Shown here piece by piece: positions 27,273 to 41,696 of a DNA stretch of 64,000 nucleotides. The notes below the pieces were generated by a model. That model was not told the DNA's origin. It ran no database searches and was given only the letters and a program-made list of their open reading frames with translations. Numbering within the stretch: the stretch's first letter is position 1; each line of letters opens with the position of its first letter. Source of the DNA: Octopus vulgaris (taxonomy: Eukaryota). The DNA lies in NCBI GenBank assembly GCA_951406725.2, contig OX597822.1, forward strand, positions 104,780,001 to 104,844,000, given 5' to 3'. A program made the position numbers and the translations under genes.

Positions 27273-27730
27273 TAGTTTTATTTTTATAGCGTGCTTTCAC
27301 TTCACTACCGAGCGCAGCTCTGTGTGCCTTGGGTATGTGCTGTGATTTGTTGTGATGCTCTGATGGTTATTGTATGGAAAGTGTTCTGCGTAGGATGTGT
27401 GCAGTGCCTAGTAGTGCAATTATATGTTATTATTATTATTATTATTATTCAGTAGTTTTATTTTTATAGCGTGCTTTCACTTCACTACCGAGCGCAGCTC
27501 TGTTTGCCTTGGGTATGTACTGTGATTTGTTGTGATGCTTTGATGGTTATTGTATGGAAAGTGTTCTGCGTAGGATGTGTGCAGTGCCTAGTAGTGCAAT
27601 TTTCTGTATGTTATATGTGTTTGTAAGTCCTGGTGTTTTTGTTATGTATTTGTCTGAATATTTTTTTATCATGCCTAATGCACCTATTATGATAGGAATT
27701 GTTTCTGTTTTCAGGTTCCACATACTAGTT
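27268..27730 (-). mobile_element. R4/Dong-like RLE LINE 3' end in (TAA)n, with a duplicated terminal ~155 bp
   Basis: Minus strand ETIPIIIGALG...QKIALLGTAHILRRTLSIQ; 27268-27420 repeats 27448-27600. Confidence 0.8.
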
Positions 27731-27732
27731 AC

Positions 27733-27774
<42 letters not shown>

Positions 27775-28387
27775 TATTGAGTGAGAGAGCAGTGCATGCC
27801 ATCAGAGTGACACTGGGGTAAAATATACGAAGCCCAGTAAACCCATCATGACTACCCGTCTGATAAGGGTACACCAGCCACATGCATCCCGACCATATGT
27901 GCGCAACATGGTGATCTCATATCAAGATAAACAGCGCATGACCTTGCAGGGTGTGTGCAGTTTTAGCTTCCAACTCTGCTGTTTGAATTATTTCTGTAAC
28001 TTGTCTACATGTTGGATCATGTCAATATGAAGAAAGAGTTTTTATAAAGTGGTTAGTAGAGCCATCAAATTTATCTCTCAGATCTTGATAAAATATTGAT
28101 GCTGTCTTCTTTTAGTTGTATTCGCGCCAGCGTTCTGTTCTGTCGCATATGCTACGCTCTGTTTCTCCTTAATAAGAAATGATTTTAACATTTTTCTATG
28201 AATTTCATACGGTATGCCATGTCCCTGAATTTTCACCTTATTTAGCAGGGTTGTTCTTCAACCCCGACAGTCATCGAATTACTGATTTTCTTGAGAGCGA
28301 ATTTATTACAGATTACATATGCAATGGATACGTCCGTTTTCACTGCAAAGGCGTCAGCGCTGTGCTACCACACCAGTTGAGATCATA

Positions 28388-28478
<91 letters not shown>

Positions 28479-28479
<1 letters not shown>

Positions 28480-28641
28480 AAATCGTTAGCCACTACACAC
28501 ATTTTTTCTCACCTTGTTTCTCTCCTTATTTTTTCTGTGTCCCTTTCTGTAGAAGAGTGTAGGCTCGAAACGTAAAAGACTTCTTCTTTTCCTGAGCGTT
28601 ATACTAATACATATGTTTATTTCGTCTTTTGTTTTCCTTCG

Positions 28642-28642
<1 letters not shown>
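28479..28642 (+). mobile_element. TA-embedded repeat with variant hammerhead-like motif at 28543-28578
   Basis: CTTT CTGTAGA A GAGT gtag GCTC GAAAC GTA AAAG; same family as 6943. Confidence 0.65.
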
Positions 28643-28682
<40 letters not shown>

Positions 28683-29052
28683 AAGTAAATGTTGTAAACA
28701 GCAGAGCAAAAGCTAACGATTGTTCATAGTGTACGGGGCAAATATACAGAAGCACGTGATAATTAGTGTGAACGCAAAATATGTGTATAAATTTATATAT
28801 GCATACGTGTATGTGTAATTGTAATTTTTGCTTTATCCGTTTTGTTTGTGGTACTTCATTTGTAGATTTTTGTAAGTATCATCGTTGGCAACAAAGAGTC
28901 TTGCTTTGTACCAACAAAAGTATTTATCAGAACCTGAATCTATACCAATATATGAATGCATATATATATATATATATATATGGCCGCAGTCAAATGACTG
29001 AAACAAGTATAAGAGTATAAGAGTATAAGAGTATAAGAGTATATATATATAT

Positions 29053-29500
29053 ACAAAATATGGGGGTTTAGTTCACAGGTGATCTAAACGACTAGGTACG
29101 CAGATATATAATTGTTGAAAAAGACAACAAACGTTAAAGCAAGACAAATATCTCAAGTCATATACGTTATTATTATGGGAAAAATTCAAATTCTTACAGC
29201 TGTTTCTGGGATTTCCCAAAGTATAGGATATTCCCGTCATCGGAGACAACAAGCGAAAATGAGAAAGGTAAAAATTAATGAAATGATGACACTAGGGACA
29301 GGAGAAAAGGAATAAAGAAATGAAGGAAGAGAAGAAAAAAGGCATAACAGCTCACAGTTCAACTTTCCGATGATATAGAAGTATATCCGTAACTCTTTAG
29401 TTGCAATCTTGTGTAAATCCATGTAGCTTGAAGTCCTAAAGGTGTAATTATTCAAAAATAGATGCGAAATTATCAATCTTCAATAACAGGAGGTGGCTAT
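29053..29500 (-). mobile_element. Penelope-like 3' end next to (TA)n, with CCGATGA hammerhead-like motif at 29192-29246
   Basis: Minus strand TCT CCGATGA CGGGA...TCCC A GAAAC AGCT GTA AGA; homologous to 43290-43660. Confidence 0.65.
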
Positions 29501-29524
29501 TAAATGGTAAAAAGAAAGAAAAAT

Positions 29525-30115
29525 AAATATTCCAATTTCCTTTATATTCCCCTTGATACCTTCTGATACTGTTCCCAAAGACCCAACAATAATTGGCACT
29601 ATCTTCACCTTCTTCATTTTCCATAGCCGGGCTATTTCGTACTTAGGAGGGTTCTATTTACCTTTTCGCCTTCCTTCTTGTATATACGTGGGTCAAAGTG
29701 GTATGAAACATCTCTCTCTATATAAACGGCAGTTTGTCTGTGCGTGTTTCTGTGTGTCTGTTTTCTCGTACCCTCACTCTGACCACGGCTTTCAACCGAT
29801 TCTGATGAAACTTGACACACACATAGCCTAATGTCATAATTCAAAACTAACGCAGCGAAAAGTTTGAAAAGTTCCCCCAGTTCTGAAAATCGATAAATTC
29901 GACATGGGGTCGAGAATCAGAAACACAAACCGCAAACTGTCTAGGGGACGCAACTCCACCATTTTTAACTAAAAAAAAATTTACCATAATTTTTTTTCAT
30001 TTTTTTGCTATTTTTTGGCTATAACTCTCTAAAAATGCTTTATAGTTATTTCCCTTACAAACCTGAGCAACGCCGGGCGATACTGCTAGTCAACTATATA
30101 GCTTATGTGCTGCTT
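29525..30115 (-). mobile_element. RLE LINE endonuclease remnant interrupted by a Helitron
   Basis: Removing 29711-30089 restores YIVDVSYHFDPRIYKKEGEKV...KYEIARLWKMKKVKIVPIIVGSLG (one frameshift). Confidence 0.75.
29711..30089 (+). mobile_element. Non-autonomous Helitron
   Basis: 5' TC, 3' hairpin CCTGAGCAACGCCGGG followed by CTAG; inserted between A29710 and T30090 with no TSD. Confidence 0.85.
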
Positions 30116-30516
30116 TTTGTCCACCCCCACTAGGTCCGGTCTAGTATACACTAGCACCGGATCTGTTTGGACTGGAAAATCCCAGAGGATGTGGTTAGTC
30201 TCCGACTCGGCCACTCTCTGCGATTTGGGCTCATATTACGCCTTGCCTCTCTCCAGCCCCCACTTTTCGCACAGTTTCTAATGTAGCACTTGCACAACCT
30301 GGTTGTGTCATCACAACTTGCAGTTGTTTTGGGCAAGTCTAGGATATTCGTTCGTGATATGGGCAATGGTTTTATCTGCTCTATTGCAGATGCGGCACAG
30401 CGGAAACACTTGCTCACTCTTAAGATTGGTCATCCAGTTCGTGGTCAATTGAGCTGCCGATTACCATTATTATTATCATTATTATTATTATTATTTTTCG
30501 ACATCTATTATTATTA

Positions 30517-30765
30517 TCTTCTTTCAAATTTGCTTCCATTTCTTGCCGAGTGTCTTCCCGACTCCTAGGGCAAAGAAACTCATAGTATACATTGGTAGGC
30601 CATTAAACCAAACTCAATAGTTCGTTCATTTAAAAAAAAAATTTTTTTAAGTTAAATTAAAATACATGAGCAGCAACAGTTCTCACATCGACAATGCTCT
30701 TCTCAATACGTGTGATGTACCAGTTAAGACAATCTTTTGCACTTCTTGCAGGGATGGAAAGCCAT
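30517..30765 (-). mobile_element. R4/Dong-like RLE LINE extreme 3' end in (TAA)n
   Basis: Minus strand PSLQEVQKIVLTGTSHVLRRALSM*. Confidence 0.7.
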
Positions 30766-30789
30766 TTATCATTATTATTATTATTATTA

Positions 30790-31492
30790 TTCTATGTTTG
30801 ACTTTTGCTTTATATTTGTACAAGTTGGCTCCAAGTCTCACCCAGAGACCTCAAGAGACAACAGGGTTGGAAGTTCATGTTGTTGTTATGCCTAATGTGC
30901 CATATATTTGGGGGTGGGGATGTTGTACTAATGAATGTCTAAAAAGAAAAAAAAAAGGTTTTTTTTTTTTTTTTTTTTTTTTAAACCGAAAATTATGTTT
31001 GTTTTAAACCTTGAGATTACATAGAGAGTATTTTGCGTAGGATATGAGCAGTTCCCATGAGCACTATCTTTTGAACTTCTGCCATTTTTGGGTTTCCTGG
31101 TATCTGAGTTAGGTAGCTATCAGCCCCTTTTGCTATCATTCCCAGGGCACCTATGACAACAGGTATTGTTTTAGTCTTCAGCTTCCACATTTTGCTGATT
31201 TCTATTTCAAGATCTTTATATTTGCTCAGTTTTTGGTAGGTCTTGACAGATACGTTTATATCGATTGGGACAGTCATATCAATGAGGAGGCATGTTCTTT
31301 GTTTGAAGTTTTTCAATATGATGTCTGGCCTATTTGCATCTATCTTCCTGTCAGTTTGAATGGTGAAGTTCCAGAGGAGTGAGATGTGGTCATTTTCAAG
31401 CACTGGGGGTGGTTTGTGTTCCCACCAGTTTTTTTCGTGGGGCAAATCCAGGTTTTTACAGATTACCCAGTGAATATATTGTGCAGCTCTAT
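30790..31492 (-). mobile_element. 5'-truncated R4/Dong-like LINE, restriction-like endonuclease domain plus 3' UTR
   Basis: RPDII...LLIDMTVP...KLSKYKDLEIEISKMW...PVVIGALG...QKIVLMGTAHILRKILSM; (TAA)n on both sides. Confidence 0.9.
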
Positions 31493-31493
31493 C

Positions 31494-31589
<96 letters not shown>

Positions 31590-31813
31590 CATTATTATTA
31601 TTATCATTATTATTATTATTATTATTATCATCATCATCATCATCATCATCGTCTTCCTCATCATCGTCGTTGTCATCGTCATCATCATCATCATCATCAT
31701 CATCATCTTCCTCATCATCGTCGACATCGTCGTCATCATCACCATCATCATCGTCGTCATCATCACCATCATCATCGTCATCATCATCATCATCATCATC
31801 GTCATCATCATCA
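31494..31813. repeat. (ATT)n grading into (ATC/GTC)n
   Basis: Read directly. Confidence 0.97.
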
Positions 31814-34122
31814 TTTCGCTTAAGTATGACGATGCTAATTACGTGGGTGTTAGAAATCAATATACATACGCTTAAGAACAAAGCTTCAGTGAAGCATTGA
31901 GCGGTAAAAAAAAATAAAGTAAATAAATGATAGGGAAGTAAGACATTATGCCACGCACTCCATTAGCTTACGGCTGCTCCTGCTATAAGGTGCAATTCAA
32001 TTGTGTATGCATGCATGTATGTAGATGCAAAATACTAAATTCCTAAATGAACGAGAATAATTTTGTGACTGAATTGATATACAAATACTTGATAAACACA
32101 CGTTCTCCTCTACCCACATTGCCGCCATATAACATAGACCTTATAGCTAAACTACACGTTTCTCTCTGCAACTCGAATTCGAGAGCAGCTCACTTTCCAC
32201 AGGTTATTTCCGACTCATGAAGATATCTAATCGTATTCGTCCTGCAGGCAATGAAATCTGCTTTCAGCTTGGTTTAGGATGAAAGAAACGTCGAACAGGC
32301 GTCGATTATATTCATTTGCATATCTATACATTCAGGGCAGAAAAACATTAATTAATCTTCACTGCATTAATTAATAGCTAATTTGAAGTAATGTATTTAA
32401 AGATTCTGGCATATTTACTGATGTACATTGTGATATTGCTGTTGTGTATTTGATGAACGTCTATTTTATTAGAATCACGACCACGAAGTTATGATTCTGT
32501 GAGTAATATGAATGAGAGATAGAAAGCACTTTATTCTCCCTTGGCTGTATGATAGATATTCTTTTGTCTTTGACCTAAATTTTGCCTACTTATTAATCCC
32601 TGTTCGATCGAATGCTTCTGAATAGGTTATTAGTTTTAAGTTGTTTGGGATCTATAGTTCTACGTAAACAAGTGATTACATATATTAAAAGCTTTTGTTG
32701 CAAGAATCTTAATACAAAAGCTATGACGTCATTAGCGATGGATTATTTATTTCTAAATAGGGCGGCGTTGCACTGGTAAAAATCGTTAGAGCATCGGAAA
32801 GGAAGTCCCTTGTGGTATTTATACCGCTGGATTTTACGCTCTCACTTAAAATTCTACTTAGGAAAAACGATACATTTTATTATTTCAAGGTTGAGAGAAT
32901 TAAGTATTAGTCAAACTCTAAAGTCAGTTTAATCAAACTCTAAAGTCGGGAATTGCCACAAGTTTGCTTAGCCAGTTGAGCTAAAACTCCTCAGCCAAAC
33001 CATGGAGCGCCGACGATATGTGAAGTAATACTCTACTTGCAGGACATTGCCATCAGATCAATGAGGTTTGTAATGACGTCTATTTCTGTCAGCCCAGCAA
33101 CATTCGATAGGAACATTAATGGCCTCCATCAAAATGACCTTCGAGGGTGAGCGAACACTATGCGCAATCTCACTTCCTCCAGATCCAGGAAGTAAAAAAT
33201 ACAAAACAAGACAGACAGGAACTCAGACATTTTCTCATTTCTAATACATTATTTTCCCCTTTTTCTCTCCCCCCTCTCTCTCTCTCTAAAAACATTCATA
33301 TTAAAAGTGATAGCGCAAATGAAGAAAAAGTGACGAATACAAAATGCTTCACACATCTCCACTCCTTCAGCAAATTTATGGCAATAAAGGTCTGTCTCAT
33401 GATAGAGATATTTTTAATGTTAGAAGTAAGATTTAACAGTATTGAATCTAAAATAAATTTAGTGAGGCGAGAGGATTTCGAAATTTATGTGTACACAACT
33501 AATTACATCCTTGCTAATTATTCATTAATATCATTCAAATGTTAAAGCAACTTCAATGCTTTAACTCCCTGGCGAAGAAACTCATATAATAATTTATGCA
33601 AATAATGGAAATAATACAAATAATTAACAAAAATAATGTATGCAAATGGAAAACGTAGGAGGATTTCGGAAATGATAATTATGTTTTGAAGTTAAAATAA
33701 ATAGATCTCCTAATAATAATTCTGATGTCTAATGTCTTTTTTTTTAATATTTTTGTCAAGAGAAAAGGGTCTCTCAGATTTGGGGGGGGAAAGAAGTATC
33801 CTCAAACTGGAGATTCGGTCTGAGGATTTGCATCATGTGAGCGTCACTAAATCCACCCTGCCCCCAGTGTGTCAGGTGAAGGTGTGAAATTGTGAGACGG
33901 ATTGTAGTTCCACTCAAATGGGCCATGGTGAGATTCGAACATTAAACAAAACGCTATCAATTATCCAGTCCAATTTTTGGAGTTTATACAGTTGAAAGGC
34001 TGAGAAAAAAATTTGACTCGACGAATTATGAAATTAGAATACAAAGAGTCGGAATAACTATCGTGTGGCAATTTGCGGTGTGTGTGTATGCGTATGTGTG
34101 CATCTATATACATACATACATC

Positions 34123-34181
<59 letters not shown>

Positions 34182-35180
34182 ATATGGATGTATGTATGTA
34201 TGTATAAATGGTGTGTTTAACATTCGATGATTGGTAGATCAACGAGGCATTATACAAAATTCGTTGCGGTATTTAGAACTTCTCTTTACGTTCTAACTCC
34301 AAATATGTATGTATAAATGGTGTATTTTCTTTGTATTTTCCCGTTCCGGGGTCAGTTACCTCTTCATTCTACTAGGGAAGGAGTTTAGCTCTTACGCTTG
34401 ATCATTTAATATGGTGTCTGATTCCGGCGAAGGGACAGAAATTTGAGTCAAGTCTTAGTCCTTAATCTCTGCTCCAGTGTTTGAATCGAGTTTCCTTAGT
34501 GGCGGACTCAGAGGAAATCCTTCAAGTTATTTTGTTGAACGTTCTAACTCTTCTGCCTGGCCACCGCTTTGCTGCATCATTTAATATCGGGTACTATATA
34601 TATTCCATGATATATCATGTCTTTGAGCGAGTGACCTTTGAGAATCTTTAATGTTTCGCTGCATTTATATTGTCACTTCCGTATCATATAGAAATAAAAC
34701 ATTTAATAAGAGGAAATGCTTCGGATGCTAGAAAATGATTTCAGGGGGATTTCGTTGATATTTTAAGCAGAGCGATCGAATACGCAAATTCGTTATTATT
34801 GATTCGTGTTTGATAGGGGTTATTGGAATTGATTGAAACTATGGATACACGTGGTTTGTTAATCTATGGTTAATAGACAAATTGTGCCGGGAAGAATATT
34901 AGAGGATCATAATGTTCATAACACTGAATTCGTGTTTCAAGAGGAAGTACATTATTTTAAATCAGGCTGCAATTAAAAATCTTGAAATCGACTTTTTTTG
35001 CGAATCACACTACTTCACCTAAATCTCTTCTATACTAACACAGTTCTATAGATTCATTTGCCAAGCTCTGTTTCGTTATGCAGATGTTTCGGTGAGCGTT
35101 TTGATTCTGTGAGTGTTTGTGTATTTGTATACGAAACAGATAATATGCGCACGTACAATATGCGTTATTGGTAGATCCAT

Positions 35181-35233
<53 letters not shown>

Positions 35234-36278
35234 TTATATATGTTTCCTGTTTAAGATCTGGATTTATTTTTCTCTCTTTTATTTAACGTATGCTATATCT
35301 TCGGTTTCTTTTATTTATTCTTTCTTCTTACCATTATCATTTGCTTTAGCCATGTGGAAATAGCTGCGAGCTAGATATAGTTGTTAGTGCTACATTTGTC
35401 ATGATAAACACACTCATTGATTTGCTTGTTGTTAATACCATTCTTTGTAAAAAAAAAAAGCTTCCGCAAACAACATCGACAACATGATTGTAATCTTTCA
35501 AGACAATGTTGCTTCTCTCAAAGTCTCCACACAGTTATATCTTCCAAAAACAGCCATCTATCTTTAGTCTTGCCTAATTTTATTATTTCATTTCTGTTCT
35601 TCTTCAAAATAATGAATAACGTCAATCTTCCAAAGTATATATTTTGCCTTAATAGCAAATGCTTTATGATAATTTTTATGTTCAATATTATTTATTTTCT
35701 TCACTTTCTTGTTAACGAATACACTAAATTCGTTTTATTTTTTGTTTATATATTTCATTTCATATGTTTTTTTGCGGAAAGATTACTTCCTGGGAATCAA
35801 CTTTGGTTAATTATCTGAAAGTGAGGAGACTGTTTTCTCGGCCTATTATCTCTTAGAGCTCAGTTTTCCGAACCGGTAGTTTCACAATACAGCCTATTGT
35901 TTTCGTTGTGTCAAAATTCAGTAGGCTAGCTTTTTATACAAAAGAAATTATTCAACAAAGCAGATTTCAATCGCACCTGCATATATCTTCCTCTCTCTCA
36001 TGCTCTATTCTCTCTTTTTTTTTACTCTCTTTTCCTCTCTCTCCATCTTTCTGTTTCTTTCTCGCTCGCTCCTGCTGTTTTTTTCTCTAAGCTTACACAA
36101 AGCTAGTCTCTTCTCAGAATTTATATTTTACATGAAGGTATGTATGCTGTGTATATGTATTTACAAACATGTAAACATATATGCGTAAATACAAAACCAT
36201 ACACACAGTCACACACACACATATACATACATATACATACACACACTCACACAGATGCTCACGCACACAGATACACAC

Positions 36279-36319
<41 letters not shown>

Positions 36320-36649
36320 AGCATACATACACATATATATAGAGAGAAGGAGAAAGACTAAACTTCGTACATCTCGCCTTTACTCTAATACTAGAAGGCA
36401 TGGCATTTCCACAAGGAATATCAAACTGTTCATTTACTTGGATGACATTTCAGCATGGAACTAATTCCTGTACTGCTTTCATCTTTTTTTTCTTTTTCAG
36501 TTGATTTCCGGAAGTTACGTATAAATACAATATGGCTTTATCTTAGATGGGTTAACAGTACAAAAGCAATTAATTAGTGCTATAGCAAGAGATTTCTTCT
36601 CCCTCTCACTCACATTTCTACCTTCTATACATAACGATATAACTATAAT

Positions 36650-36693
<44 letters not shown>

Positions 36694-36924
36694 TGTTGTT
36701 GTTGTTGAAGGTAGAACAAATGAAAAAAAATGAGGTGAAAGTTGCGATTCAGTCGTTCTTCATTCGCCAAGTAGCACACTGGTTACTTTCGCTTTGTGTA
36801 AACCACAAGGGAAATGATTCTGAAGAGCGTGCAGAAAATTAAGGGACAGTTCGATTGAAGCAATCGCTGTATATTACCGATATATATTGATATCGATAAC
36901 TCGCATTTTTCCCCTCCCTTTGGC

Positions 36925-37001
<77 letters not shown>

Positions 37002-37589
37002 TGTATATACGTATATATATATGTGTGTGTGTAGATATGCAGGTATGTAGATAGGTATATATGTATATATAATAAGAGTGCATAGCCTAGTGGCTAGGAT
37101 GCCGTATCTACAATCAAGAGATTGTGGTCTCAATTCCCAGACCGGGTGGTGCGTTGTGTTCTTGAACAAAACACTTCATCTCACGTTGCTCTTCGATCAC
37201 TTCGACACCTGACGTGTGGTATACCGTGCACGTACATAAATATGCATACATACATTCATACATACATAAGTGTGTATATATATACGTGCATATATAGGTA
37301 CAGGACGTCACCAACAGTAAACAACATGAAATACAAAAGCAAGATTTAAATATTCAAACAACGAAATAAATAAATGGATAACAGGTAACATATATATATG
37401 TATGTGTGTATATTATATATATATATATGCATATATATATATATATATATATTTATACATATGCATATAATTTCAATGCTGTATCTCAAAGTAAATACAG
37501 GTGTTAGTATTAGCCTGTAATGTATTGGGCTTAAACCCGTTTATATCGAAAATAGGCGCAGGACTTGAACCATTTATACACATACACGC

Positions 37590-37660
<71 letters not shown>

Positions 37661-37691
37661 CATACACGCACACACACACACACACACACAT

Positions 37692-37722
<31 letters not shown>

Positions 37723-38465
37723 CACACACACCATCGGGCCACTATTTGTTTGTTAATTTTTTTACTGACCTTCAAAGTACAAAATGTGAAGTGACCCCAT
37801 ATAAGATATGGACTCGGGGAGTAAATAGCATAACGAATTAGATCACTGTACGTCTGGCTGTCACTCTCATGATTCTACCAATCCATCACCTTTAGTCAAT
37901 GTAATAAGAATATTGCGTTATACACGTTGTAGTTTTTTCCATTGATTGCGTTTAAATAGACAGAAACTTTCGGGTCAAATTCGCGTGGATTATTTGATGT
38001 TGGTCGTAACAATGTGAGTTTGCTAACTCACATGTTTTACTTTGAACGAGGAATGTACTAATTACTTTATCTAATAACTGCGATGTGACACACAACAGCT
38101 TTGCTACCATCAAGTACTCGAGGCTGATAGAAAGGGAGACAAAGAGAGATAGGGGAAGAGAGAGAGAGATGGGGAGTTAGATGGAAGAGCTAATTTTTAC
38201 GGTGCTTTGGAACTTAGGGAACTATACAAGAAGGAGGGAGATGGAAAATGATAAAGAACCGTGTTGTCTATGGTCATCTCCAGCCCCTTTGGGAGAAAGG
38301 AATCATTAGCAGAATATTTGTTTGAGTAATTTGGTGTAATTGGTGGTACTTACCGTTCTCAGAAAGAAGCCAATATCGTGCGTCATAATAGAATTTATTA
38401 CACACATGTGAGTGAGAACACTTTGAGATATTTTTGGTATCTAACTTATGTCAGATACTGCGAGC

Positions 38466-38570
38466 GCTGCTTCTGATTGGTCAATCCATGGTGATGACCC
38501 GAGGTCACGGTGACAGTGCTGCTTCTGATTGGTCAATTCATGGTGATGACCCGAGGTCACGGTGACGGCA
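38466..38570. repeat. Direct tandem duplication of about 52 bp
   Basis: GCTGCTTCTGATTGGTCAAT.CATGGTGATGACCCGAGGTCACGGTGAC occurs twice. Confidence 0.9.
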
Positions 38571-39569
38571 CTACTTTTGTCATTCATAAGTTACAACTAA
38601 ACGTGAAGAATTTAGTTATTGGGTTAATAAAATATGGTCGTTTATTCGCTTTCGCTCGTTAGATACGTTTACAAGCCACTCGTTGTAATAAATACGGTAT
38701 AAATAGGGAACTCGTTTGGTATTCTCTATATACTAAAGTTGTTTAGAGACATTAGTGGGTAAAGTGACTGCAAGAACTTGCTCTGACACGGACGTTTGCT
38801 ACTAGTGAAAGAAGGCGAGCACCAGGGCACTGATAGTATTACTGAGTTCGATTAATCAAAAGAATTTCACATTTGGCTAATGTGTGTAATTGCCAGTGAT
38901 CAGGAAGGGTGGTAGGAGTTTTGTTGTGCATAAGAAAAAACAAAAACAATAAAAACATAAAATATGGAGAGAAAAAAACCAAATCAAAGGAAGTTTGAAG
39001 GAAAACAACCACCAGTAGCTTTATCAGCAAATCGGTTCACAGAAATATTTTGGTTGAGAATGGCGAGAAAAACATCTCACTAAAACTTGCTAAAGAAACT
39101 TTTGATATGAAGTTTTAAGGCATCGTTTGAACTCTCGAAATGGCCATAGGTGTGGATTTTAACACACTCTTCTTTGGAACTCTCTTACGCTCCTTGGATA
39201 CCTAATCTGCCAAAGATTGTCTCATTTTTAAAAACTGATTCTTTTGATAGATTTTTAATCATTGGCTAAAATTTTTTAGTCGATTGGTAAGTTTTAATAA
39301 TTCTTTAAAGCTACCTATTTTAGTAGATTTTTATATACATTTTCCCAGACAGGTCCTTCTATATATTTTTGTATTTTTTATATATAAAGATATATTTTTT
39401 ACCTTCAGTGTTCATATATGTTGAAGACCACGATATTTTTTGTATATGATTAATGTATGGGCTTATATAAAGACGTTGGCCCGAATCTAAGATTGTCCCC
39501 TAATCAATGGGTTTTGTTTCTGTTTTAATTTCACTTGAACACTACCTTTTTGTAAATAATTTCTTGTCA

Positions 39570-39623
<54 letters not shown>

Positions 39624-40316
39624 TGTGTATGTATGTGTGTGTAGTTGTATGTATGCATATCTATATGTGTCTTTATGTCTGTATTTGTTTCCCACCACCG
39701 CTTGAGAACTGGTGTTGGTGTGTTTACGTCCACGCAAATTAACGGTTCGGTAAAAGTCACCGACATAATAAGTGCCAGGTTTTAAAAAAGAAAACTACTG
39801 GGGTCAATCTATTTGACAAGTATTGTCGCCAAGACTAAAGAAGCGTTGTGTGATATGTAGTCACAAAAGATGATGACGTTAGTGAAATTCATATGACAAG
39901 ATGCAAGACAGACATTCTCAATCCAAGAAGAGATAATATTTTTTTTAATTGCTACCCAGAAGAAGAATTCGAAGAAAGAGAGAATGAAGAAATTAACTAG
40001 AGGAAGAAAGGGAAGTTCGTCATAAAGCAATCTCTGGAAATCTTTGTGTCTCTGGCATCCATTAGAGAGAAGTGAGTTATGGAGAAAATGGCTTCTACAT
40101 AAATGCCACCATCACGTAATATAATTCTAATACAAGTGAAGCCCAGATATTGTTTACAGAAAGAGGATACGATTTAAGTGTCTTAGAGAGGGAGATTGTG
40201 CTGGGCAAAGATCAAAGTACGCAAAGTTAAAAGCAAAGGCGTTCCATCCGTGGCAATGAAGTTTTTCCTTTGGACATTGTATATTTAGTGTATATTGTAT
40301 GTGAGTTACATTGAGT

Positions 40317-40697
40317 GGAGGCGCAATGGCCCAGTGGTTAGGGCAGCGGACTGGCGGTCGTAGGATCGCGGTTTCGATTCCCAGACCGGGCGTTGTGAGT
40401 GTTTATTGAGCGAAAACACCTAAAGCTCCACGAGGCTCCGGCAGGGGGTGGTGGTGATCCCTGCTGTACTCTTTCACCACAACTTTCTCTCACTCTTACT
40501 TCCTGTTTCTGTTGTATCTGTATTTCAAAGGGCCGGCCTTGTCACTCTCTGTGTCACGCTGAATATCCCCGAGAACTACGTTAAGGGTACACATGTCTGT
40601 GGAGTGCTCAGCGACCTACACGTTAATTTCACGAGCAGCCTGTTCCGTTGATTCGGATCAACCGGAATCCTCGTCGTCGTAACCGACGGAGTGCTTC
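40317..40697 (+). mobile_element. SINE group C (tail variant 1)
   Basis: tRNA-like head with A/B boxes; near-identical to 56436-56804. Confidence 0.9.
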
Positions 40698-41397
40698 CAT
40701 CACCATTGTTTACTATCTTCATGTTTGTTTCAAACAGTAGTATCCTGTTATACGCCAAATGCTAACGACTGCATAGACTGCCGAATTTCCTTTGCACTTT
40801 TCTTATTACGATTTCTTATCTGTACTTTATGACGTTTACATATTACTGTTTATTACGTCATATTCATTACAAGCAAAATCGTCTCAGAAAATCCCAGTAA
40901 ATTTTAGACGGATTAGAGTATTTATTCCAGCTGAAAAACTGTTTCACCTGTTGTTGCTCCTGTTGAGCTATTGCTGTGGAAATCACCACCGCCCTCGAAA
41001 ATGCAATGAAATACGACAACCGACGTTCCAGCTTTCCCGTTAACCACCTAACCGTTAGTCATCCATCGTAGCCTCTTTTGAAACGTAAATGGGAAAATTA
41101 AATATTTACCGTTTCCTCTTACATGCTGTGGCTCTGTATACTCAGCTGTGAAGGTAAGTCATGTATCAACATGTTCTAAATAAATTGAGGGCCCTTAGGT
41201 TATAGGCAGGTGTAGTTCTATTTAGTTTAGACATTTTCACTGATATATTAATATGGTTAGGTGTAGAGTGAGGGTTTCCACCGATAAGATATCTTAAAAA
41301 GTGTACATCATGAAAGCTTAATAGCGAAAAAATTATTAAAGAACATTCGAAATTTAGGAATACTAGTCATCAATACTCTGCGATATATGTATGTATG

Positions 41398-41431
<34 letters not shown>

Positions 41432-41582
41432 TGTATGTATGTATGTATGTATGTATGTATGTATGCATGCATGCATGTATGTATGTATGTATGTATGTAT
41501 GTATGTATGTATGTATGTATATACATATATATATATATGTGTGTGTGTGTGTATACATACATACATACATATATATATATAC

Positions 41583-41627
<45 letters not shown>

Positions 41628-41696
41628 CAGAGCGCTTTTTTCGTTTGTCTGCTTACTCATATATATGTATATATATATATAATAATAATGAAATTA

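Noticed and set aside
31017-31814. 265-aa ORF as a host gene
   Set aside because: The N-terminal half is microsatellite and the rest is a truncated LINE endonuclease.
40317-40390. tRNA gene (also 4732, 56436)
   Set aside because: The A/B boxes belong to SINE heads that continue into shared SINE bodies; no complete cloverleaf.
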